From NCBI GenBank assembly GCA_964606385.1, contig CAZSFZ010000007.1:6688-70687 (forward strand): a DNA stretch of 64,000 bases, written 5' to 3'. The stretch is from an uncultured bacterium. Lineage in GTDB: Bacteria; Omnitrophota; Omnitrophia; Omnitrophales; Aquincolibacteriaceae. The notes beneath the pieces are model-generated. The model ran no database searches. It saw only the letters and a program-made list of their open reading frames with translations, and was not told the DNA's origin. Within the stretch, counting starts at the first letter, position 1; every line of letters starts with the position of its first letter. The translations under genes and the position numbers were made by a program. Positions 41,241 to 50,534 of the stretch are shown here, piece after piece.

Positions 41241-42410
41241 ATGAACATGAGAAACGAATATCAAAAAGAACTGAAAGAAATTCAAGCAAAGAACCTTTAT
41301 CGTTCTCTTCGCGTCCTTAAGGAACACGAAGGGACGCGCGCCGTTTTTGAAGGGAAAAGGGTGCTCCTTTTTTGTGGTAATGATTATCTGGGCATGAGCC
41401 GCCACCCTCGAGTGATCGCGGCCGCGCATAAGGCGCTCGATCGGTACGGTGTCGGCGCTCGCTCGGCCCGTCTGATCGCCGGGACCACGGAGGCGCACGA
41501 AAGGCTCGAAAAAAAGATCGCGCAATTTAAAAACAAAGAAGGCGCGCTTGTGTTTGCGGCCGGATTTCTCACGAACCTCGGGATCCTCACTACCTTTGCC
41601 GGCAAAGAAGATGTTGTGATCATGGACAAGCTTTGCCACGCCTCCCTGATCGACGGGGCTAGGCTTTCCGGAGCCGAAATGCGGGTATTCCCGCACAAAA
41701 ATTATGAGAAATGCGAAGAGGTCCTGAAAAAAAGCACAGCGCAACGGAAGATCCTTGTCACGGAGAACGTTTTCGGTATGGATGGGGACCGGGCAGATCT
41801 TGGAGAGTTGACGCGCCTTAAGAAAAAATACGACGCGCTCCTCATTGTCGATGACGCGCACGGAACGGGCGTGTTTGGGAAGGACGGTCCCGGCGCGACC
41901 GCGGCCTTTGCCAAAGGCATCGACGTGATCATGGGAACGCTCTCCAAGGCGATCGGCGGGCTTGGGGGTTTTGTCGCGGCCGACAAGGTCTTGATCGATT
42001 ACCTGGTCAACTTTGCCCGCCCGTTCATTTTCGCGACGGCGCTTCCGCCTGTTCTTTGTGAAGCCGCGCGCGAAGCTTTTTGTGTGATCGAAGAAGAACC
42101 GGCACTTCTAAAAAGGCTTTGGATGAATGTCGATAAAGTTTATCGAGCGCTCACCAGGCTCGGATTTCAGCTCGCAACGCCGGAGTCCGCCGTTCTTCCC
42201 GTGATCCTTGGCGACGAAAAGGAAACGCTCGAAGCTTTTGAAAAACTGCTCGCGCAAGGGATCTTCATTCCCGCGGTACGTTACCCGACCGTTCCCAAAG
42301 GAAAGGCGCGCCTGCGCATCACGGTGTCAGCGGCGCATACGGAAGACGATATCCTTGAACTCGAACGCGCATTTTCGAAACTAAAAAAATCTGGAGAAAA
42401 AAAACCATGA
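41241..42410 (+). CDS. bioF: 8-amino-7-oxononanoate synthase.
   Basis: PLP-dependent AOS family (NDYLGMSRHPRVIAAAHKALDRYGVGARSARLIAGT...). It sits between bioB and bioA. Confidence 0.8.
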   Translation: MNMRNEYQKELKEIQAKNLYRSLRVLKEHEGTRAVFEGKRVLLFCGNDYLGMSRHPRVIAAAHKALDRYGVGARSARLIAGTTEAHERLEKKIAQFKNKEGALVFAAGFLTNLGILTTFAGKEDVVIMDKLCHASLIDGARLSGAEMRVFPHKNYEKCEEVLKKSTAQRKILVTENVFGMDGDRADLGELTRLKKKYDALLIVDDAHGTGVFGKDGPGATAAFAKGIDVIMGTLSKAIGGLGGFVAADKVLIDYLVNFARPFIFATALPPVLCEAAREAFCVIEEEPALLKRLWMNVDKVYRALTRLGFQLATPESAVLPVILGDEKETLEAFEKLLAQGIFIPAVRYPTVPKGKARLRITVSAAHTEDDILELERAFSKLKKSGEKKP

Positions 42411-43570
42411 AGCGAATCTTGGTTTTTCTCCCGGTGTTTATCGCCGCGGTTCTCATCCAGGCCGCCTCGGCAGAGGACGCGATCACGGAGGAACTTGAGG
42501 GGGGAGAGCCGGCCGAGGAAACCCTTCTTGAAAGCGGCATCATGTCCGGCCCTACTTATTTCGAGGGCCTTCTTCAAAAAAATCCCGAAGACCGGCGCGT
42601 TTATGACGCTTATGCCCAGACCCTGATCGGGGAGCGCAGGTTTGATGAAGCGATCGAGGTTTATGAAAGGGCCCTCCGGATGGGGGACCGGCTGCAGGAC
42701 GATGCCGTGGTCACTGTGCCGGAAGCCATCCAGGAAGCGCAAGCGCTCAAGGAGTTTTTCGAGGCCATGAAGGGCCAACCCTCCTGGGCCGCGGCGAGAA
42801 CCATCCCTTTTCGTGGCGGCGAACTGACGACCAACCTTCCGCCCGACTACAGCGAGCAATTGATCCGACAACTGACCGCCCTGATGCAAAAAGAAAAAAC
42901 TTTGCTGGAGGAGATCCTGGGGCCTCCCGAAGGGGAAGAGCCCTTCATCAAGATCAGCATTGCCGGACGGCCCGAAGAATACAAAGCTTTGTGGAAAGAT
43001 AAAAAATTCGATCCGGCACAGCTCGCATCCGGGGCGTACAGCATCGGGAGAAACGAGATTGTCGTGTTTTTTACCGGCACGGATGTGCAATGGACGCTTG
43101 CCCACGAGTTCGCGCATTGCTTCCTGAGGCAGTTTTATGCCCAGCAGCCTTCACGGTTCCTGGATGAGGGCCTGGCCAATTATCTGTCGTTCAAGCTCGC
43201 AAAGGAGGGGGCCAAGCCCGTCGTGGAGGAGATCCTGGGGCGGCTTCAAGGGGCTTACGATGAAGGCAAACTCAAAGCTGCCATGGACCTCTTTACTTCC
43301 TGGGAGCGGTATGAGCAGTCGCCTACCCCCGAAGAAAAAATGGACTTTTATTTGAGAGCCTGGAGCCTGACCGCCTTTTTCCTGGACGGCAAGGACGAAT
43401 TCTTCACGAAGTTTTTTCGCGATTATCTTCAGTATGAGCTTCAGATCGGCCCCCTCTCCAAAAAAGATACGGAAACGTATTTCCGCGCTAATTTGCCCGG
43501 CGAAAAGATCGCCGCTCTGAATGAAGCTTGGGGTTCTTTTATCGATAGGATGACCTATGAAACGATCTAA
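42407..43570 (+). CDS. Secreted protein with an HExxH motif (AHEFAHC) and TPR-like N-terminal helices. Putative zinc-metallopeptidase-like protein, function unknown.
   Basis: N-terminal signal peptide (MKRILVFLPVFIAAVLIQAASA) and a HEFAH pentapeptide. Its start overlaps the bioF stop (ATGA) and its end overlaps the bioA start. Confidence 0.5.
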   Translation: MKRILVFLPVFIAAVLIQAASAEDAITEELEGGEPAEETLLESGIMSGPTYFEGLLQKNPEDRRVYDAYAQTLIGERRFDEAIEVYERALRMGDRLQDDAVVTVPEAIQEAQALKEFFEAMKGQPSWAAARTIPFRGGELTTNLPPDYSEQLIRQLTALMQKEKTLLEEILGPPEGEEPFIKISIAGRPEEYKALWKDKKFDPAQLASGAYSIGRNEIVVFFTGTDVQWTLAHEFAHCFLRQFYAQQPSRFLDEGLANYLSFKLAKEGAKPVVEEILGRLQGAYDEGKLKAAMDLFTSWERYEQSPTPEEKMDFYLRAWSLTAFFLDGKDEFFTKFFRDYLQYELQIGPLSKKDTETYFRANLPGEKIAALNEAWGSFIDRMTYETI

Positions 43571-44921
43571 AAAAATAGAGACCGGGACCTGGCTTGCGAA
43601 AGACCGGAAATACCTCTGGCACCCTTTTACCCAGATGCGGGACTGGCAAACCGAGGAAGTGCCGGTCATCGAAAAAGGGGAAGGCTCTTATCTTGTCGAT
43701 ACAGAAGGGAACCGGTATCTCGACGGGGTTTCTTCCCTCTGGTGCAATGTCCATGGGCATCGGGTGAAAGAACTCGATCATGCGATCGAAAAACAGATCA
43801 AAAAGATCGCGCACACCACTTTTCTCGGGCTGACGCACCCGACGGCCATTGAGCTCGCGGAAAAACTCATTCGGATCGCGCCACAAGGACTCGCGAGGGT
43901 TTTTTATTCGGATTCCGGGTCCGAGGCCGTTGAGATCGCGCTTAAGATGGCCTTTCAATACTGGGCGCAAAAAGGCCGTCCCGAAAAGAAAAAATTCGTG
44001 CGGCTGGTGAACGCTTATCATGGCGACACGCTCGGCTCTGTAAGTGTCGGCGGCATCGATCTTTTCCATCAGATCTATAAACCGCTTCTATTTGATACCT
44101 TTGCGGCTCCCTCGCCTTACGTCTATCGCTGGAAAACCGGAGGCGGCGCGGAAAAAGTCAAACAAGAAGCACTGGATGCGCTCGAAAAGATCCTTCGGGA
44201 ACATCACGGCGAGATCGCAGCGTTCGTGATGGAACCGCTCATACAAGGAGCCGCGGGCATGATCGATCAACCCGAGGGTTACATTTCCCGTGTCAGGGAG
44301 TTGACGCGAAAGTATAATACCCTTCTGATCTTTGATGAGGTGGCGACGGGGTTCGGGCGGACGGGGAAAATGTTCGCGGCTGAGCATGAGCACGTGACGC
44401 CGGATATCATGGCGGTCGCCAAAGGCCTCACGGGAGGGTATCTTCCGCTCGCGGCGACGCTGACGACCGAAGAAATTTACGAAGCGTTCCTGGGGCGTTA
44501 TGAAGAGTTTAAAACGTTCTTTCACGGCCACACCTATACCGCCAACCCGCTGGCTTGCGCGGTATCGATCGCGAATCTCGAGCTTTTTGAAAAGCAAAAG
44601 ACAATCGAAAAATTACAGCCCAAGATTCGCCTGATCGAAAACAGGCTAAAAAGCTTTTACGAGCTTAGTTCTGTGGGCGACATACGACAACGCGGCGTCA
44701 TGATCGGGATCGAGCTGGTCAAGGATAAGGCAACGAAACAAGAATTTGAGCCCAAAGAAAAGATCGGTGTTCGCGTGATCGAACGGGCCCGCGAAAAAGG
44801 GGCGATCCTCAGGCCGCTCGGGCCGGTGATCGTGCTGATGCCGCCCTTGGCGATGACGGAGCGGGAGCTGGATAAGCTTTTCGACATCGCCTATGAATCA
44901 ATAGAGGAAACAACAAAATAA
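43557..44921 (+). CDS. bioA: Adenosylmethionine-8-amino-7-oxononanoate aminotransferase.
   Basis: Class-III aminotransferase (LWHPFTQM...SSLWCNVHGH). 454 aa. Confidence 0.85.
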   Translation: MKRSKKIETGTWLAKDRKYLWHPFTQMRDWQTEEVPVIEKGEGSYLVDTEGNRYLDGVSSLWCNVHGHRVKELDHAIEKQIKKIAHTTFLGLTHPTAIELAEKLIRIAPQGLARVFYSDSGSEAVEIALKMAFQYWAQKGRPEKKKFVRLVNAYHGDTLGSVSVGGIDLFHQIYKPLLFDTFAAPSPYVYRWKTGGGAEKVKQEALDALEKILREHHGEIAAFVMEPLIQGAAGMIDQPEGYISRVRELTRKYNTLLIFDEVATGFGRTGKMFAAEHEHVTPDIMAVAKGLTGGYLPLAATLTTEEIYEAFLGRYEEFKTFFHGHTYTANPLACAVSIANLELFEKQKTIEKLQPKIRLIENRLKSFYELSSVGDIRQRGVMIGIELVKDKATKQEFEPKEKIGVRVIERAREKGAILRPLGPVIVLMPPLAMTERELDKLFDIAYESIEETTK

Positions 44922-45024
44922 TGAGAAGAGCTTACGGGGAACGGGGAATGGGGAACGGAAAAGAAAATAATTTTTCGTTAGCCGTTACCCGCGATCCGTT
45001 TCGCGGCTTTTCGGAGAAAAGCGC

Positions 45025-45762
45025 ATGAAAGCCGGTATTTTCATTACGGGGACAGACACCGACGTCGGGAAAACAGTGGTTTCCGCGGGGTTTGCCCTTG
45101 TTCTCCGGGAACGCGGGATGAAGGTCGGGGTCATGAAACCCGTCGCGACGGGGTGTTATGGCGGCGATGAAAGGCTCATCTCGCATGACGCGGCCTTTCT
45201 GATGGAAGCCGCGCAGAACGAGTACCCGCCGCTCACGAGCCCTTCTCGCTACCGGAACCCGCTTTCGCCGAATGTCGCGGCAATGCTCGAGAAAAAAGAG
45301 GTCGACGTTCCCAACATCCTGAAAAGCTACCGCCAGCTTCAAAAGCATTATGACTTTATGATCGTGGAAGGGATCGGGGGGCTGATGGTCCCTCTCAGGA
45401 AGGATTATTACGTGGCCAACCTGATCCGCGACATGGGGCTCCCCATTGTGATCGTTTCCCACGCGGGCCTCGGCGCGATCAACCATACGCTTCTTACGGT
45501 GGACGCCGCCACGATCCGCGGGCTGGAAGTGAAAGGCATTATTTTTAACCGTGTGTCCCTGACGAATTGTTCCACCGCGGAACTCACGAACCCGAAGGTC
45601 ATTCATGATCTTTCCGGGGTTCCGATCCTGGGCAGCCTGCCCGAGATCGACGGGCTTAATATTGACAGCTGCCAATTCGGAAAACTCAAAGAGATCTTCC
45701 GAGAACGCATCCGGACCGACAAGATCGCCGGAAATCTTGCTGGGACGCTTCCGCCTCGCTGA
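45025..45762 (+). CDS. bioD: Dethiobiotin synthetase.
   Basis: IFITGTDTDVGKTVVSAG P-loop. 245 aa. Confidence 0.85.
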   Translation: MKAGIFITGTDTDVGKTVVSAGFALVLRERGMKVGVMKPVATGCYGGDERLISHDAAFLMEAAQNEYPPLTSPSRYRNPLSPNVAAMLEKKEVDVPNILKSYRQLQKHYDFMIVEGIGGLMVPLRKDYYVANLIRDMGLPIVIVSHAGLGAINHTLLTVDAATIRGLEVKGIIFNRVSLTNCSTAELTNPKVIHDLSGVPILGSLPEIDGLNIDSCQFGKLKEIFRERIRTDKIAGNLAGTLPPR

Positions 45763-45779
45763 CACGAAAGGAAACCGCC

Positions 45780-47150
45780 TTGTCCCAACGGACCCAGCCC
45801 TTACCAGCTTCAAACGGACCTGAGACGGAACGGTCCGGAAATTTGCGCGGGGGAAATGGGTTGAGATCAAAACGCAAGGCGGTAGGGATCCGGCTCGAAA
45901 GAAAAAAAGAAGCGAGCCTGATCAATTGGAACCTGAAGCGGCCTTATCCTCCCGAAAAAGTCCGCATCCCCATCCCGCATTTTGCGGAGCCCTGCGTCAA
46001 ATCCGGGAAAACGGTTCAAACCGGGCAAAAGATCGCGGAGCCGCGGAGCCCCGAGGGCGTGAGCGTTCACGCAAGCCTGTCAGGCGTGATCGAAAAGATC
46101 GGCATGTTCCCGGACGCCGGAGGCGGGGAGAGCCTGATGATGGAGATCCGCAAACACGGCGAACCCAAATCGCTTCCTCCTTATGAAATGAAAAAAGATT
46201 GGGAACAAACCCCGGCGGAAGAAACTTTGAAGGTCTTCCGGGATGCCGGTCTTGTGACCACGGACCCGTCCGAGGAACCTTTACATGTGAAGATCGAGCG
46301 GCATGCCGGCGCGGGGACCGTGGTGATCAACGGCTGTGAGCCGGAGCCTTATATTACCTGCGAACAGGTCCTGACCATGTCTCACCCCCTGGAAATCCTT
46401 AAGGGAGCCGAACTTATAAGAAAGGTCATGGGCGCGGGCAAGATCCTTTTCGCGCTGGAGGAATGCAACCTTGAAACGATCGAGCTCATCAAAAGTAAGA
46501 TTTACTTCCTGAAATGGGACCATGTGGAAGTCCGGACCGTGCCAGCTTTTTACCCGCAGGGGCTTGAAAGCACGCTGTTGCAGACATGGTTCGGGGGAGA
46601 AGAGGGAACGGCCGCGGTGTTTCCGGCTTCGACGGTTTTTGCGGCGTATGAGGCTGTAGCGTTGCAGAAACCTTTTTATGAGCGCGTTGTGACCGTGGGA
46701 GGGGAGTGTGTGGTCGAACCGCGCAGTGTGTGGCTTCCCATCGGGATCTCCTTCCGGGATGCGATCCATACTTGTAAGGGAGTGATGCGTGAGCCACGAA
46801 GGGTCCTGAGGGGTGGTCCGATGGCGGGGACCGCGCAGACGGGCGAAGAGGCCCCGGTTACGGCGGGGACGAATGCGATCCTTGCGCTTCCCAAAGAGAT
46901 CGCGAAAGAAGAAGCAGAAGAACCCTGTATCCGCTGCAACCTCTGCGTGGACCATTGTCCCGTTTTTCTTTCTCCAGCCATGATCACGCTGGCTTCGGAG
47001 CGCCGGGAGTTCTCTATTGCTGAAGCATGGCACGCCCGAGATTGCATCGAATGCGGTAACTGCGCGTATGTTTGTCCCGCCAAAAGACCGATGCTCGAAT
47101 TGATCCGGACGGCGCTTGCCGCGTCCGGGGCGAGGAGGTCCTGTGATTGA
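45780..47150 (+). CDS. rnfC: RnfC-like subunit (NqrA/RnfC N-domain, NADH/FMN-binding region, two 4Fe-4S ferredoxin motifs).
   Basis: VSVHASLSGVIEKIG (RnfC_N), VINGCEPEPYITCEQ, CIRCNLCVDHCP and CIECGNCAYVCP. The N-terminus of the ORF is probably over-extended. Confidence 0.7.
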   Translation: MSQRTQPLPASNGPETERSGNLRGGNGLRSKRKAVGIRLERKKEASLINWNLKRPYPPEKVRIPIPHFAEPCVKSGKTVQTGQKIAEPRSPEGVSVHASLSGVIEKIGMFPDAGGGESLMMEIRKHGEPKSLPPYEMKKDWEQTPAEETLKVFRDAGLVTTDPSEEPLHVKIERHAGAGTVVINGCEPEPYITCEQVLTMSHPLEILKGAELIRKVMGAGKILFALEECNLETIELIKSKIYFLKWDHVEVRTVPAFYPQGLESTLLQTWFGGEEGTAAVFPASTVFAAYEAVALQKPFYERVVTVGGECVVEPRSVWLPIGISFRDAIHTCKGVMREPRRVLRGGPMAGTAQTGEEAPVTAGTNAILALPKEIAKEEAEEPCIRCNLCVDHCPVFLSPAMITLASERREFSIAEAWHARDCIECGNCAYVCPAKRPMLELIRTALAASGARRSCD

Positions 47151-48000
47151 GTCAGCGCATCCCGGTCCCAAAACCTTGCCGCCGCACATTCGTTCCCGGG
47201 ATTCTTTAAGCCGGCGTTATTGGGGGCAAGCGCTCGCGTTGATACCGGTCTTCGCGGCGGGCTGCTTCACCGGGCATGCGGAGATCCTTCGCGTTTTGTT
47301 GACCTGTCTGGTCAGCGCGATCGCCTTTGATTTTCTCGCGAACAAGTTTTTTCAAAAAAAAGAAAAATTGCAGAACGGTGAGATCGTGCTTGCCGCGGCG
47401 ATTTTCTCCCTTTTGATCCCGTCACGATGCCCTTCCGAAGCGATCATCCTCGGCATTTTTATGGCGGTGTTTCTGGCCAGAGGACTTTTGGGGGGAACGG
47501 GGTCTTATCCCTTGCACCCGCTGCTCCTGGCGTATGTTTTTCTCCAGCTTTGTTTCCCTCAAATAAATTCAGCCCCCATGCTTTTTGCAGGGGAGGGAAG
47601 CCTTTGGACGCTCGGGGCGCTTGTTCTCGGAGGCGTGATCTTTCTAAAACAAAAGCAGGGCTATGGGGAAACCCCTGTTCTTTTCATGTCGATCTGCTTT
47701 CTTTGCGAAGCGCTGTGGGGGAGCGGGGAGGCCCCGCAGGCATTTTTTAGCGGTGTTCTTTTGACATCTTTTTTTCTTTTGGGAGATCCCGCGACACTGC
47801 CGCTCACACGAAAAGGAACGGCTCTTTTCGCGCTGGGCGCGGCGCTTTTAAGTTCCGGGCTCACCCCGGAAGGTTTTTCGATCCGTTCGGCCGGTTTTGC
47901 GATACTCACGATGAATCTTTTGACGCCCTGGCTGGACGTGTGGCTGAAACCCGTGTCCTACAAAACAAAAGATCCGATCAAAGCGACCTATCCGTCATGA
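47116..48000 (+). CDS. rnfD: RnfD/NqrB-like integral membrane subunit.
   Basis: N-terminus PPHIRSRDSLSRRYWGQALALIP matches the SPHIxS...ALLP start of RnfD. Polytopic. An alternative GTG start at 47143 overlaps the rnfC stop. Confidence 0.6.
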   Translation: MPRPGRGGPVIESAHPGPKTLPPHIRSRDSLSRRYWGQALALIPVFAAGCFTGHAEILRVLLTCLVSAIAFDFLANKFFQKKEKLQNGEIVLAAAIFSLLIPSRCPSEAIILGIFMAVFLARGLLGGTGSYPLHPLLLAYVFLQLCFPQINSAPMLFAGEGSLWTLGALVLGGVIFLKQKQGYGETPVLFMSICFLCEALWGSGEAPQAFFSGVLLTSFFLLGDPATLPLTRKGTALFALGAALLSSGLTPEGFSIRSAGFAILTMNLLTPWLDVWLKPVSYKTKDPIKATYPS

Positions 48001-48126
48001 ACATAAAAAAAATGGCCGTTATCGCGGGAAAATATCTTTTTCTGACGCTTTTTCTGTGCCTGCTCGTCGCGATCCTGTGCGCGGCCGAAATGTTGAGACG
48101 ATCATGATCCAAAAGGACCCAGAGCG

Positions 48127-48654
48127 ATGAAGCTGCCCGAAAGTCTTTTTTCGAGAATGCTTTTAGCGTATCTTCCGTTCATGCTCTACCCGTACGGTCT
48201 TTTCAGGGCGGGGGTCGCCGCGCTATGGATCACCCTGTTCCTATGGGTGACCGTCGGCTTTTTTTGGTTCAGCCGGCGCTTTTTCCCGGACCGGACCCTG
48301 AAAAGCGCTTTTTTTCTCTGGCTGATCGTTTGGGCGCAGGCTCTGTGGACTCTGACCCGGCTGCCCCCTTACTGGATCGCGAGCGTTTTCTTTTTAGCGC
48401 CCGTGGCTTTTCTGGAGGATACGGTCAAGCCCGGGCATGTCCGCGTTTTTTCAAGGGAGGTCCCGAGGTATTTCTTTGAACGAGTGCTCGCCGGGGTCGG
48501 CTTTGTGTTGTTCGTGGTTTTGTTGAGTTTGGTCCGCGAGGTGGGCGAAAAGCGCCTGGGCATGCACGTTTTTGAACAGCCCGCGGGCATGCTGCTTTTG
48601 ATCACGGCCGCGGCTTTTTTATGGAAGAATCAGCCTTACCGGCACAAGGGATAA
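48127..48654 (+). CDS. Small polytopic membrane protein of unknown function.
   Basis: 4-5 TM helices. No recognisable motif. A role as an Rnf accessory subunit is speculative. Confidence 0.4.
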   Translation: MKLPESLFSRMLLAYLPFMLYPYGLFRAGVAALWITLFLWVTVGFFWFSRRFFPDRTLKSAFFLWLIVWAQALWTLTRLPPYWIASVFFLAPVAFLEDTVKPGHVRVFSREVPRYFFERVLAGVGFVLFVVLLSLVREVGEKRLGMHVFEQPAGMLLLITAAAFLWKNQPYRHKG

Positions 48655-48655
48655 C

Positions 48656-49162
48656 ATGTTCATCTACATCATCATCTTCGGATTTTTGCTGGCCATGCGC
48701 GGCGCAAAGCCCGCGCCCCTGCAAGAGCCCTTTGTGGGCCTAAGACGCCTCTGGCGTGAGACGGCAGATCTTTGGCTTACCCTGAGCCTGGTCCTCGCCC
48801 TCCTGGATTTTACCGCGGGCTTTGGAAAGATCCGGGTGATGATCCAAAATTTTGAGATCCTTAACGCCGGCCTGGCCGCATTCCTCCTTTCGCGCTATCA
48901 GAAAAAAACGGATGTATTCTTCCTTGCCGTTCTGGCGGGAGTTTTTATGATCCGCTCCGAACAGCCGGGTCTTCCCCAGGCGTTTGCGATGGCCTGCACC
49001 CTGAGCGCTGGAACAGCGTTTTTTCAGACCTTTTTTCTGGGACTGCGGCATCGGTTGCTTTTTTCGCGTATTCCCGATGCCATGAAGGGATGGCCCGTTC
49101 TTTGCCTGCTGGCTGCTTTTATTTCGATCATTCTTGGGGGGTTCAGCGACCTGGTTTTCTAA
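48656..49162 (+). CDS. Small polytopic membrane protein. Its C-terminus resembles the RnfA/RnfE/NqrE tail (IPxAxxG...GFS).
   Basis: RIPDAMKGWPVLCLLAAFISIILGGFSDL compared with the NqrE/RnfA C-terminal pattern. The similarity is weak. Confidence 0.4.
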   Translation: MFIYIIIFGFLLAMRGAKPAPLQEPFVGLRRLWRETADLWLTLSLVLALLDFTAGFGKIRVMIQNFEILNAGLAAFLLSRYQKKTDVFFLAVLAGVFMIRSEQPGLPQAFAMACTLSAGTAFFQTFFLGLRHRLLFSRIPDAMKGWPVLCLLAAFISIILGGFSDLVF

Positions 49163-49236
49163 GGTTTTTTTTTGGAAAGTCGACAATAACGAGAAGAAGT
49201 GTTGTTCCCAACGAATTCATTTAAAGGAGCCTTCCC

Positions 49237-50316
49237 ATGGCCATAGAAAGCATCCTTCTAGGAGCAGTCGAAAAAGAAGCCTCGGACATTCACCTGACGG
49301 TGGGGAGGCCGATCACCTACCGCATGATCGGTGACCTGGTTTCCGTGGGACAGAAGCCGTTGACGGCTCAGGATACGGAAGCTCTCGCCAAGGAGATCAC
49401 GACCGAAGTTCAGCGTAAAAAGGTCGAAGAGGTCGGCGGCATTGATTTTGGATTTTCATTCGGGGATAAAGCGCGATTCCGCGTTTCTTGCTTTAAGCAG
49501 CAGGGCCATTACGCCATGGTGTTGCGCCTTCTTCCTTCGAAATTCTACAGCTTCGAACAGATCGGGCTTCCCAGTCAGCTGGTCGAGACCGTAAGCCTTC
49601 CCCGGGGCCTGATCCTCGTGACGGGACCCACAGGGAGCGGTAAGACGACTTCGCTGGCGACCATGCTGAATTACATCAATGAGAATTTTCCGAAGCACAT
49701 CATCACCGCGGAAGATCCGGTCGAATTCGTGCACCCCCATAAAAAATGCGTCGTGACCCAGCGCGAAGTCGGGGAAGACGTGCCGAGTTTTTCGGAAGCG
49801 ATCGTGAAGTCTCTGCGCCAGGACCCGGACGTGATCCTGATCGGGGAAATGCGCGACCTGGCGACCATGGAAACCGCCATTCGCGCGGCGGAAACAGGCC
49901 ACCTGGTGTTCTCCACACTGCATACCACCGGAGCTGCACGGACCGTGGACCGCATCATCGACGTTTTTCCGGCCGAGCAACAACCGCTGGTCCGCGTTCA
50001 GCTGGCCGCCACGGTGGTGGCCGTGATCTCGCAGGTACTGGTGCCGCGCCTGGACGGGCATGGCCGCGTTGCCGCCTTTGAAATCATGTTCGCGACCCCC
50101 GCCATCCGCAACCTTATCCGGGAAGGCAAAACCTATCAGATCCTTTCCGAGATCCAGACAGGTTCGCGTTACGGCATGATCATGCTGGACGATTGCTTGA
50201 AGAAGCTTTACACCGAAGGCGTGATCAGTTACGAGGCCGCGCTCGAAGTGGCCGTGGATTCCCGCGAGCTGGGCCTGCAGCTTTCCAAGATCCAGCCCTC
50301 CGGCAAAATGAGATAA
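49237..50316 (+). CDS. pilT: Type IV pilus retraction ATPase PilT.
   Basis: GPTGSGKTT Walker A, and a conserved PilT core (DPVEFVHPHKKCVVTQREVG...DVILIGEMRD...STLHT). Confidence 0.85.
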   Translation: MAIESILLGAVEKEASDIHLTVGRPITYRMIGDLVSVGQKPLTAQDTEALAKEITTEVQRKKVEEVGGIDFGFSFGDKARFRVSCFKQQGHYAMVLRLLPSKFYSFEQIGLPSQLVETVSLPRGLILVTGPTGSGKTTSLATMLNYINENFPKHIITAEDPVEFVHPHKKCVVTQREVGEDVPSFSEAIVKSLRQDPDVILIGEMRDLATMETAIRAAETGHLVFSTLHTTGAARTVDRIIDVFPAEQQPLVRVQLAATVVAVISQVLVPRLDGHGRVAAFEIMFATPAIRNLIREGKTYQILSEIQTGSRYGMIMLDDCLKKLYTEGVISYEAALEVAVDSRELGLQLSKIQPSGKMR

Positions 50317-50334
50317 GGAACCGACAAATAAAAC

Positions 50335-50363
50335 TTGACCCATGGTAGGGGCTTGGGTATTCT
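50335..50363 (+). promoter_or_regulatory. Strong sigma70-like promoter TTGACC-17 nt-TATTCT, followed by a 9-bp GC hairpin (50366-50389) at the start of a leader about 170 nt long before polA.
   Basis: The hexamers and spacing are read from the sequence. The hairpin is CCGCCTC-GCAGGG-GAGGCGG with two extra flanking base pairs. Confidence 0.4.
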
Positions 50364-50534
50364 ATGCCCGCCTCGCAGGGGAGGCGGCCTGATAGCCATA
50401 CGGGGCCGGTTTAAATTCCACGCAAAAGAGACCCGATTCGAACCTAATCCCAGATATCTTAATCGCCACTTTCAGCTCTTTCCGCGTATTTTTTCAGGAA
50501 ATCGAACCCAGGACCTTAAGATCCACAATCCCGA

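Noticed and set aside
50380-50534. A tRNA-like or tmRNA-like element, suggested by TTCGAAC/TTGAACC T-loop-like strings.
   Set aside because: No complementary T-stem or acceptor stem can be drawn on either strand, and the region is far too short for tmRNA. It is treated as a structured leader or promoter region.
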